From contig JAXHMH010000002.1 in NCBI GenBank assembly GCA_034521515.1, positions 576,444-640,443 on the forward strand: a stretch of 64,000 nt of DNA, given 5' to 3'. Made by a program: the position numbers and the translations under genes. A model generated the notes under the pieces. It was given only the letters and a program-made list of their open reading frames with translations, searched no databases and was not told the DNA's origin. The DNA is from Candidatus Saccharimonadota bacterium (GTDB lineage: Bacteria > Patescibacteriota > Saccharimonadia > Saccharimonadales > JAXHMH01). Shown piece by piece: positions 52,803-60,493 of this stretch (position 1 is the first letter of the stretch; the number at the start of each line of letters is the position of its first letter).

Positions 52803-54584
52803 GTGATAGATAGAGCAACCAAGCTACGTCTACGTCGCAAGATACGTCGTAGCCGGCGACATGTCGAAGATATAGGCGTTCAAGCCGAAGAGCATCTTGA
52901 GCGGCATCTTATTCGCCGACTTGGACGGCTATATCGGGTGCGGCGGTTTGTCGCAGGATGGTTGCTGCTTTTTGTATTGATGATAGGTGTAGTTATCGCG
53001 CAGGTTCGAGCGTTAAGTCCTTATTATCAACAGACGGTTCCTACAGTTGGTGGCAGCTACACAGAAGGTGTATTAGGAGCCTTTACTAATGCTAATCCAT
53101 TGTATGCAACTGGGGGTTTTGATGGCGCGGTATCGCAATTGGTGTTTTCCGGTCTACTTAAATACGATCAAAATAATCAACTAACCGGCGACCTGGCTGA
53201 AAGCTGGGAACTTGATGAATCAGAACAGAGCTACACCGTTGTGTTGAAAGATAATCTAAAGTGGCAAGACGGAGAAGATGTAACTGCAGAGGATGTTGAG
53301 TTTACTTATCAATTGATACAAAATCCCGATACAAGGTCACCACTGTTTGCGAGCTGGCAGCATGTTGAACTGGAAATTCAAGATGAGCGGACTGTTACCT
53401 TTACACTTCCTAATGTGCTAAGCTCATTCCCGCATTCTATGACAAACGGTATCGTACCCAAACACATTCTGGCTACAGTCGAACCGTCACAGATGCGCGG
53501 ACATGCTTTTAATACGGTGAATCCGATCGGTTCGGGTCCATTCAAATTTGACATCATAGAAGTGAGCGGTCGAACCCCAGAAGAGCGGGAAGAGCGGATC
53601 CGTCTTGTCCCGCATGAGCAGTATCATGATGGCATGCCAAAGCTCCAAACCTTGACACTTAGAGCCTTCCGCAGTGAAGAACGGTTATTGAATAGTTTTG
53701 AAGAACGCGAGATAAACGCAATGGTTGGTCTGCGTACGGTACCAGATACGCTAGCTGAAAAAATCGATGCCACCGAGCACTCTATTCCTTTTACTGGACA
53801 GATTGCCACGTTTTTTAATAATAATCACAAGTACCTGAAAAATAGACAGGTTCGCCAAGCTTTAGTGCGAGCAGTCGACACCAATGCCTTGATTCAGGGC
53901 TTAGGTTACCCGGTTATTGGGGCTGATTCACCGTTTTTGCGCGAGCATTTCGCATACGACCCATCTGTTACGCAGCTAAACCACGATAAAGCTCGAGCTA
54001 ACAAGCTGCTATCGGAAGCCGGCTGGAAACGAGGGGACGACGGTATTAGAGTGAAAGATGGCGAGCGTTTGAGTTTTAGGTTGCACGCTCAAAATAGCAG
54101 CGAGTTCACCTATGTAACCCAAACCCTGCAAACCGAATGGCGCGATATCGGAGTTGAGGTGGAAGTTCATCAACCATCAGATAACGAGTTTCAATCACTA
54201 ATGGCACTTCATAATTATGACGCTTTACTTTACGGCATAAGCATAGGTGTTGACCCGGACGTGTTCGCTTATTGGCACAGCTCGCAGGCAGATCCGCGCT
54301 CCGATACCCGGTTAAATTTGAGCGAATATAGTTCCGAAGTAGCTGATGTTGCTTTGGAAGGAGGTCGTACTAGAATAGATGAAACACTGCGAAATGCAAA
54401 ATACGAGCCGTTCCTGGAGGCATGGCGACGTGATGCACCGGCCTTAATGTTATATCAGCCTAGGTTTTTGTATGTTGTTCGAGGAAATCTGCACAACTTC
54501 GATCAAAAGATTGTTAATACAACGAGCGATAGATACAGCAACGTACACAATTGGATGACAAGAACCACTAAAGTAAACAAATAG
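52803..54584 (+). CDS. ABC transporter substrate-binding protein, family 5 (peptide/nickel), N-terminally anchored
   Basis: Length, TM anchor and blocks such as LAESWE, KWQDGEDVTAEDV and LNLSEYS. GTG start. Confidence 0.85.
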   Translation: MIDRATKLRLRRKIRRSRRHVEDIGVQAEEHLERHLIRRLGRLYRVRRFVAGWLLLFVLMIGVVIAQVRALSPYYQQTVPTVGGSYTEGVLGAFTNANPLYATGGFDGAVSQLVFSGLLKYDQNNQLTGDLAESWELDESEQSYTVVLKDNLKWQDGEDVTAEDVEFTYQLIQNPDTRSPLFASWQHVELEIQDERTVTFTLPNVLSSFPHSMTNGIVPKHILATVEPSQMRGHAFNTVNPIGSGPFKFDIIEVSGRTPEEREERIRLVPHEQYHDGMPKLQTLTLRAFRSEERLLNSFEEREINAMVGLRTVPDTLAEKIDATEHSIPFTGQIATFFNNNHKYLKNRQVRQALVRAVDTNALIQGLGYPVIGADSPFLREHFAYDPSVTQLNHDKARANKLLSEAGWKRGDDGIRVKDGERLSFRLHAQNSSEFTYVTQTLQTEWRDIGVEVEVHQPSDNEFQSLMALHNYDALLYGISIGVDPDVFAYWHSSQADPRSDTRLNLSEYSSEVADVALEGGRTRIDETLRNAKYEPFLEAWRRDAPALMLYQPRFLYVVRGNLHNFDQKIVNTTSDRYSNVHNWMTRTTKVNK

Positions 54585-54744
54585 CGCGGAGCTAACCTCC
54601 TCGCTCTCCGCCGACTTACGGATCACTAATGGAGGTTAAGACTATTACTCTAGGCCCTTCGATTTACTTTGTTCACTCAGGGTCATTCGACTCAGCATGA
54701 TGGTTTACCTTGAGCGAAGCAGGATTGTATCCTGCTGAGTCGAA

Positions 54745-54809
54745 TGGTGCGCGAGAGAGGACTTGCCCTGTCATCCGACAGGGCACCATATCGCATGATA
54801 TGGTGAACC
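54745..54809 (-). repeat. Double-hairpin plus tRNA-Leu 3'-tail module, copy 1
   Basis: Its reverse complement reads ggttcaccatatcatgcgatatggtgccctgtcggatgacagggcaagtcctctctcgcgcacca. Confidence 0.9.
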
Positions 54810-54858
54810 TTTTAATAATGCCCCGATTACCGCCAACAATAAAACGGTATTACCATTC

Positions 54859-54944
54859 TGGTGCGCGAGAGGACTTGAACCTCCACGAGCGTAATGCTCA
54901 CTAGCTCCTGAAGCTAGCGCGTCTACCGATTCCGCCACTCGCGC
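54859..54944 (-). tRNA. tRNA-Leu(CAG)-like, with a T-stem/acceptor junction 2 nt shorter than its GAG twin
   Basis: The reverse complement reads gcgcgag-tg-gcggaatcggtagacgc-g-ctagc-ttCAGga-gctag-(long variable arm)-ggaggttcaagtcctctcgcgcacca. Confidence 0.6.
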
Positions 54945-55150
54945 AGATTACTATTACTACCCGCGCTAGCGCGTCTACGATAGTTTACTCGAAGCCGCCA
55001 CTCGCGCAGAGCCAATCGTATCTTACGGGCTTAAATATAAAAACTCAATAATAAGATGACGATAGTTGATTTGGACTGAAAAGTATAGGTGTATTATGCT
55101 ATGATAGCTACCAGTCACGGTAACGCTTAATCAGGACAATCGCATATTTT

Positions 55151-56788
55151 ATGAACAAGGTTGCGCACTATCTTCAGGAACATCTTAGTGGTGAAGTGGT
55201 AACATCGGCTGATGCTCGCAAACATTTTGCGACGGACAGCAGCGTGTTTACTGTTACGCCGTCAATTATTATTTATCCTCGAAATGAGCAAGATATACGT
55301 AAAACCACTCGTTTTACTTGGCAGTTAGCGGAACGAGGCCGAGTTATACCCATAACAGCTCGTGGTCTCGGTACAGATCAATCAGGTGCAGCACTTGGTT
55401 CAGGCATAATGACAGTTTTTCCAGCACACATGAACCGGATTCTGGAGCTAGACGGCAAAACCGGCAGTGTGACCGTAGAGCCGGGAATAAATTACGGCAA
55501 ACTCCAGCAGACTCTGCATACCCACGGACGATTTTTGCCGCCATTTCCGGCCTCCATGGAGTATTCAACCGTTGGTGGTGCCATTGCGAATAATGCCGGC
55601 GGGGAAAAGTCAGTCAAATACGGCTGCACAAGGGATTTTACAAAGAGTTTACGGGTTGTGCTAGCAAATGGTGAAGTTATAGAAACCAAACGTCTGAGTA
55701 AACGAGAACTCAATAAAAAACTTGGTTTGGCGTCTTTTGAGGGAGAAATCTACAGGAACCTCGACACATTAATTGAGGAGAATCAGGAAGCTCTAAATAG
55801 TGCAAAACTAACTGTTTCAAAAAACGCGGCCGGATATGCTCTTAATGAAGTTAAGCGTAAAGATGGCTCTTTTGACTTAACACCGCTTATTGTTGGCTCT
55901 CAAGGCACGCTTGGTATTGTTACTGAGGCTGTGTTGGAGACCGAGGCACATAACCCCAATACCACCTTGATTGCCGCTCTTTTTGATGATGTCCAGGTCG
56001 CCGAACAGGCAATTCAGGATTTACGCAATCTTTCTGAAATTCCATCAGCCATTGAAATTGTTGACGAAAATTTGCTGAATTTTTTGCAAGAACACAACCC
56101 AAATCAACTAAAGGGTGTTTTAGAACCTCCTTTCACTAAGTTGGTTGCCCTTATTGAATTTGACAATCTCAGTGAACGAACTCAGAAGCGTATGACCAAA
56201 AAGACCACCAAGTTATTAAAACGCTACCAGGTTGAGTACCGTATAGAAACCGATACACATAAAAAGGACGAGCTCTGGAAAATTCGCCACAGTGCTGCCA
56301 GTGTGGCTTGGCACGACCAAGGTTCAACCAGGGCATTGCCCATTATTGATGATGGTGTAGTGCCGATTGATAAGTTCCAGCAATATCTAGACAATGTTTA
56401 TGAAATGTTCAAGCGCTACAATCTGCAGCCTGCGGTTTGGGGGCACGCCGGAAATGGTAATTTGCGCATGCAGCCATTCTTAGATCTAAGTCAAGTGGGC
56501 GATCGCCAAAAAGCCTTTAAGCTGATAGATGACTACTACAGAATGGTGATAAGCCTTGGCGGTAGCACGAGTGGTGACCATAGCGATGGTAGGTTGCGTG
56601 CACCATATCTTCAAGAGATGTATGGTCAAGAGGTTTACGCTTTGTTTCAGAAGACCAAACAGATATTTGATCCTTACGGAACATTAAATCCGGGCGTAAA
56701 AATAAATGTTGAGCTAAATGATATCAAACCACTACTTAGGCACGAGTATTCTATGGGTCATCTATACGGCCACATGCCACGGACGTAA
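55151..56788 (+). CDS. FAD-linked oxidase (GlcD/D-lactate dehydrogenase family)
   Basis: FAD_binding_4-like blocks ITARGLGTDQSGAALG and VGGAIANNAGGEKSVKYG, with a C-terminal FAD-oxidase domain. Confidence 0.88.
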   Translation: MNKVAHYLQEHLSGEVVTSADARKHFATDSSVFTVTPSIIIYPRNEQDIRKTTRFTWQLAERGRVIPITARGLGTDQSGAALGSGIMTVFPAHMNRILELDGKTGSVTVEPGINYGKLQQTLHTHGRFLPPFPASMEYSTVGGAIANNAGGEKSVKYGCTRDFTKSLRVVLANGEVIETKRLSKRELNKKLGLASFEGEIYRNLDTLIEENQEALNSAKLTVSKNAAGYALNEVKRKDGSFDLTPLIVGSQGTLGIVTEAVLETEAHNPNTTLIAALFDDVQVAEQAIQDLRNLSEIPSAIEIVDENLLNFLQEHNPNQLKGVLEPPFTKLVALIEFDNLSERTQKRMTKKTTKLLKRYQVEYRIETDTHKKDELWKIRHSAASVAWHDQGSTRALPIIDDGVVPIDKFQQYLDNVYEMFKRYNLQPAVWGHAGNGNLRMQPFLDLSQVGDRQKAFKLIDDYYRMVISLGGSTSGDHSDGRLRAPYLQEMYGQEVYALFQKTKQIFDPYGTLNPGVKINVELNDIKPLLRHEYSMGHLYGHMPRT

Positions 56789-56899
56789 CCCAACGTTTAG
56801 AGCTTGTGTTTTAGGTATGTAACAGATACAATACGGCGGTTATGCGCGAGTGGCGGCTTCGAGTGGACAATCGTAGACGCGCCTGCGTGACAAACATGT

Positions 56900-56986
56900 G
56901 CGCGAGTGGCGGAATCGGTAGACGCGCTGGCTTGAGGGGCCAGTGGCCGCAAGGCTGTGGAGGTTCAAGTCCTCTCTCGCGCACCA
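56900..56986 (+). tRNA. tRNA-Leu(GAG), CCA encoded
   Basis: The cloverleaf was drawn by hand: gcgcgag/ctcgcgc acceptor, anticodon loop ttGAGgg, long variable arm, T-arm ggagg-ttcaagt-cctct. Confidence 0.85.
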
Positions 56987-57035
56987 GAATGGTAATACCG
57001 TTTTATTGTTGGCGGTAATCGGAGCATTATTAAAA

Positions 57036-57100
57036 GGTTCACCATATCATCCGATATGGTGCCCTGTCGGATGACAGGGCAAGTCCTCTCTCGCGCACCA
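57036..57100 (+). repeat. Double-hairpin plus tRNA-Leu 3'-tail module, copy 2
   Basis: It reads ggttcaccatatcatccgatatggtgccctgtcggatgacagggcaagtcctctctcgcgcacca. Confidence 0.9.
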
Positions 57101-57527
57101 TTCGACTCAGCAGGATACAATCCTGCTTCGCTCAAGGTAAACCATCATGCTGAGTCGAATGACCCTGAGTGAACAAAGTGAATCGAAGGGCCTAGATTAA
57201 TAGCCTTGATCCTTAAAAAATAATCCGCTAGTCGGCGGAGAGCGGGGAGGTTAGCTCCGCGCGCAAGCCGGAGCGCTGTCCTCTCTCGCACACCAAGGTC
57301 AGTTGTGGTATTATCTTGCAGTACAAACATAGTACATTTAATAAATTCACATTTAGCATTTACCTACAATTTGTAAATTGATCAATGATAAATGTTAAAT
57401 AATTCGGGTGATTAGCTCAGTTGCCGCAACAGAATGTTGCAAGTTAGAGAATAAGCCAGCTCTAGCCAACTGACGTACATACACGCCTGTTAAGAGAAAA
57501 GCTGTACATTAAGTAATAAAAAAATAA

Positions 57528-57604
57528 GGGTTGTTAGCTCAGTTGGCTAGAGCACCTGTTTTACACACAGGGGGTCGGGGGTTCGAGCCCCTCACAACCC
57601 ACCA
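57528..57604 (+). tRNA. tRNA-Val(TAC), CCA encoded
   Basis: gggttgt/acaaccc acceptor, anticodon loop ttTACac, T-loop ttcgagc. Confidence 0.88.
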
Positions 57605-57626
57605 TACTTATTGTTTAGTCATTCCT

Positions 57627-57661
57627 GGCTCTTTAGCTCAGTTGGTAGAGCAGAGGCTTGA
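57627..57661 (+). repeat. Exact duplicate of the 5' 35 nt of tRNA-Phe (acceptor to anticodon loop)
   Basis: ggctctttagctcagttggtagagcagaggcttga is identical to 57795-57829 and diverges inside the anticodon loop. Confidence 0.9.
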
Positions 57662-57794
57662 TTAGCGTCAAGTTTCGATAAGTCGAAACTTTACCTAAAT
57701 AGCGAGCTGATATAATTTACTATCAGCGAGTGTTAGAGCTAGCGATGAAAGCCTGCTTAGTGAGGGCAGCACATTACAAACTTAATCTAGATGT

Positions 57795-57870
57795 GGCTCT
57801 TTAGCTCAGTTGGTAGAGCAGAGGCTTGAAGAGCCTTGTGTCCTCGGTTCGAGTCCGAGAGGAGCCACCA
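57795..57870 (+). tRNA. tRNA-Phe(GAA), CCA encoded
   Basis: ggctctt/aggagcc acceptor, anticodon loop ttGAAga, T-arm ctcgg-ttcgagt-ccgag. Confidence 0.88.
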
Positions 57871-57872
57871 AG

Positions 57873-57902
57873 AAAAAAGCCCACATTACCGTGGGCTTTT
57901 TT
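57873..57902 (+). terminator. Rho-independent terminator aaaaaagcccac-attacc-gtgggctttttt
   Basis: A perfect stem plus a T-run immediately after tRNA-Phe. Confidence 0.8.
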
Positions 57903-57970
57903 CTTTATAAATTATTTTTCGATATAACTAGATGCTACAGGTACTCACATTGATGTTAGAATGATAAGTA

Positions 57971-58654
57971 ATGAACAAGAAGTATTGCATAAACTGCGGT
58001 CAGCATATACCAGGAAAATCGAAGTTTTGTCCGGAGTGTGGTGCTCCACAGCACGGCAGTGAAGCTGGAGCGTTTAAAGCAAAAGCTCCAGCTGTAGCGT
58101 TACAAGCAGCAGCAGTCGCCATAGAGGATTCCTCAACCAGTAGATCTCCTAAAAAATCTACAAAGGCAGACAATTATATACCCAAACGCCAACTCTGCCC
58201 CCGTGCTGTATTGTCGTTTTATATGTCTTATGTCGCAAAAACGGCTATTGTGTTTGGGCTACTAGCTATTGGTTTGGTTGTAGAGCCCATTTATGCCGGT
58301 CTTGGTTTGGCTGTGTATTTGATAGTGCTTTATATTACTGCCCAGATCGTTTTCAACAGTTTTTATTACTCCGTTGACGAAACGGGTTTCAAGAAAACAC
58401 ACGGCGTTGTTCATAAACATCAGGTGACGATTCCATACCAGCAAATTCAAAACGTTAACATAAGTCGGGGATTAGCAGACAGGATACTCGGGCTTTCCAG
58501 GATAAGTATAGAAACTGCTGGTAATGCTGCAGGTGCTAAAAGCAGTGTCGGTGGCACCATAACCGCATCAGAGGGATATCTCCCCGGTATTAGTTTAGAA
58601 GATGCCAAAGAGCTCCACGACGTTTTACTTGAAAATGCTCGCGAATCTCAATAG
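57971..58654 (+). CDS. Zinc-ribbon plus two-TM plus bacterial PH (YdbS/YdbT, DUF304-like) domain membrane protein
   Basis: The N-terminus has CINCGQHIPGKSKFCPECG. The C-terminus reads VTIPYQQIQNVNISRGLADRILGLSRISIETAG. Confidence 0.7.
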   Translation: MNKKYCINCGQHIPGKSKFCPECGAPQHGSEAGAFKAKAPAVALQAAAVAIEDSSTSRSPKKSTKADNYIPKRQLCPRAVLSFYMSYVAKTAIVFGLLAIGLVVEPIYAGLGLAVYLIVLYITAQIVFNSFYYSVDETGFKKTHGVVHKHQVTIPYQQIQNVNISRGLADRILGLSRISIETAGNAAGAKSSVGGTITASEGYLPGISLEDAKELHDVLLENARESQ

Positions 58655-58869
58655 TAAAACTTGCCCTAAGAGGTTTCGTCAGCTATAATTCACCGCTGTT
58701 AAGTAGTGTTTATGCGAGACTAGCCCGGCCTGTCCGTTGGACAGAACGGGCAGGTCAGCTGCCCCAGCTTGCTGGAAGAAATAATAAACGCGCAAGCGCT
58801 CTGGCAGCTGTCACGGGAGTGAGTCATTAACAATTTATCAGTAACTGACTGTAATTGTCAGAGTAATAT

Positions 58870-58945
58870 GCGAGACTAGCTCAGCTGATAGAGCGCTTCC
58901 TTGCCAAGGAAGAGGCCACGGGTTTGAGTCCCGTGTCTCGCACCA
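58870..58945 (+). tRNA. tRNA-Gly(GCC), CCA encoded, noncanonical D-loop/T-loop
   Basis: gcgagac/gtctcgc acceptor, anticodon loop ttGCCaa, D-loop agctgata (no GG), T-loop tttgagt (no C56). Confidence 0.8.
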
Positions 58946-58980
58946 AATAAAGAACCCCAGCTTGTCTGGGGTTCTTTATT
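58946..58980 (+). terminator. Terminator hairpin aataaagaacccca-gcttgt-ctggggttctttatt
   Basis: Read directly; it abuts the CCA end of tRNA-Gly. Confidence 0.75.
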
Positions 58981-59381
58981 TGGTCTAGCACAGATTCAAA
59001 CCCGTGTAAGTGAGCAAAGCGAACGAGGGTTTGTTGGAGCGCAGCGCAGAAAAGAAAGCACCGAAGGTATTTTCTTTTCAAGCAAGCGGAAAAGGGCTTC
59101 AGCCCGCTGTCCCGTGTCTCGCACCAATGAAAGAGCCGAGCCTTGTGCTCGGTTTTTTGATTGGTCTGGTGGATACAAACCCCGTCCAGTGATGCGCCCT
59201 AGGCGTAGAACGAGGGTTTGGTGAAGCGAGAGCTCACGCAGATGCTTGCATAGAGTAAGCTCGAGCGGAAGAGGCCTGCCGATATCCTCTCACTCGCACC
59301 ATTCGCAACCTTAGAGCCCAAAAGCGCTCTTTTTTATATGTTAATTTCAGGTTTTAACGGATTAAGTTATAATTGCTAATT

Positions 59382-59990
59382 ATGGAAAGACTAAAAGGAG
59401 ACTGGAAGAGCCTAGAAGCACTGTCGTCACTAAGATTTACCTGTGGCCACTGTGGTAACAGAGTTTCATCAGATCGAGGTTATTATGCCTTTGCTGGTAA
59501 CCACAGTAATCAGACGGCAAGAGCATATCTTTGTCACGATTGTAATAGACTGACATTAATAGACGAAACCATTAAACAAATTCCTGCGCCAATGATTGGG
59601 CGAAGTATAAAAAAGTTGCCCAACGATATTGATTTGCTTTATGCAGAAATGCGCCGAGCAAGTGCCGATGGGGCTTATTCTCTGGTTGTGATGGGTGGAC
59701 GTAAGCTATTGATGCATATAGCTGTATCGCTCGGAGCTGAGGAAGGTGAAAAATTCGTTCAGTACGTTAGTTACCTTGAGACTAATCACTTCACACCCCC
59801 AAAAAGCAGTACATGGGTTAAAGAAATCAAGGACATGGGCAATGAGTCTAATCACGAACTTGTAATTTCTACTAAGGAAGATGCAGATAAAATCATCAAA
59901 TTCTTGGATCTATTGATGACATTCAATTATGAGTTTGCAGACGAAGAGGATGCTGAAGAGACAGAATCTGAAGAAACACCCAGAGCATAA
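59382..59990 (+). CDS. Zinc-ribbon plus DUF4145-like domain protein with an acidic tail
   Basis: CGHCGN...CHDCN and LYAEMRRASADGAYSLVVMGGRKLLMHIA...GNESNHE resemble DUF4145, a domain known from N-termini of restriction/abortive-infection type proteins. Confidence 0.65.
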   Translation: MERLKGDWKSLEALSSLRFTCGHCGNRVSSDRGYYAFAGNHSNQTARAYLCHDCNRLTLIDETIKQIPAPMIGRSIKKLPNDIDLLYAEMRRASADGAYSLVVMGGRKLLMHIAVSLGAEEGEKFVQYVSYLETNHFTPPKSSTWVKEIKDMGNESNHELVISTKEDADKIIKFLDLLMTFNYEFADEEDAEETESEETPRA

Positions 59991-60493
59991 AATGAAGTTT
60001 TAATTTCGTAGCTAACAGCGCACCAGAATGACAGATCAGCCAGCCTGCTTATGAGCGAAGCTCATCACTCCGCTGGCTGTTTCGTCCTGGCGGTGCCGAA
60101 ATTTCCAGCACTCTCTCTACGTATCACTTATACGTTTCGTCCGTGCTTCAATTTCTCCTAACCAGAAACTAAAATCTGTTCATTCTGGCTCGGGGGTGGA
60201 TACAAACCCCGTCCAGTGATGCGCCCTAGGCGCAGAACGAGGGTTTGGGCGCCAATGAGCCACGCGCAGATGCTTGCATCGAGCACGGCGAATGCGCAAG
60301 CTTCAGCTGCAGTAGGTGCAGCTCCATTGAATTACGTTTCATTTACTGTTCAAATTACTTTTATGTGAACAGTAAGACCACTAACGTAGTGTTAGCAGAA
60401 ACAAATGTAATATGCTATTTTTGATAACGGAATATTTGATATTTGCTAACAAAGAGTTAGTAATTTTATGAAATAGCGAATAGGAGTGAGGTT

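Larger units (their letters stand above)
54584..55008 (-). repeat. Left arm of a ~420-bp inverted repeat (contains tRNA-Leu(CAG) and tRNA-derived modules)
   Basis: Its reverse complement aligns by eye with 56843..57263. The flanks are near-identical and the tRNA anticodon and variable arms diverge. Confidence 0.9.
56843..57263 (+). repeat. Right arm of the ~420-bp inverted repeat (contains tRNA-Leu(GAG) and modules)
   Basis: See the left arm. Confidence 0.9.

Noticed and set aside
54710-54904. ORFs 54710..54904, 57145..57330, 58881..59192, 62080..62397 and 62725..62961
   Set aside because: All run through tRNA genes or tRNA-derived repeat modules. Their similar peptide fragments simply reflect the nucleotide repeats, so they are not considered coding.
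57627-57870. Possibility that tRNA-Phe contains a 133-nt intron in the anticodon loop
   Set aside because: The downstream copy is a complete, uninterrupted tRNA-Phe. The upstream 35 nt are therefore a duplicated 5' half, not a 5' exon.
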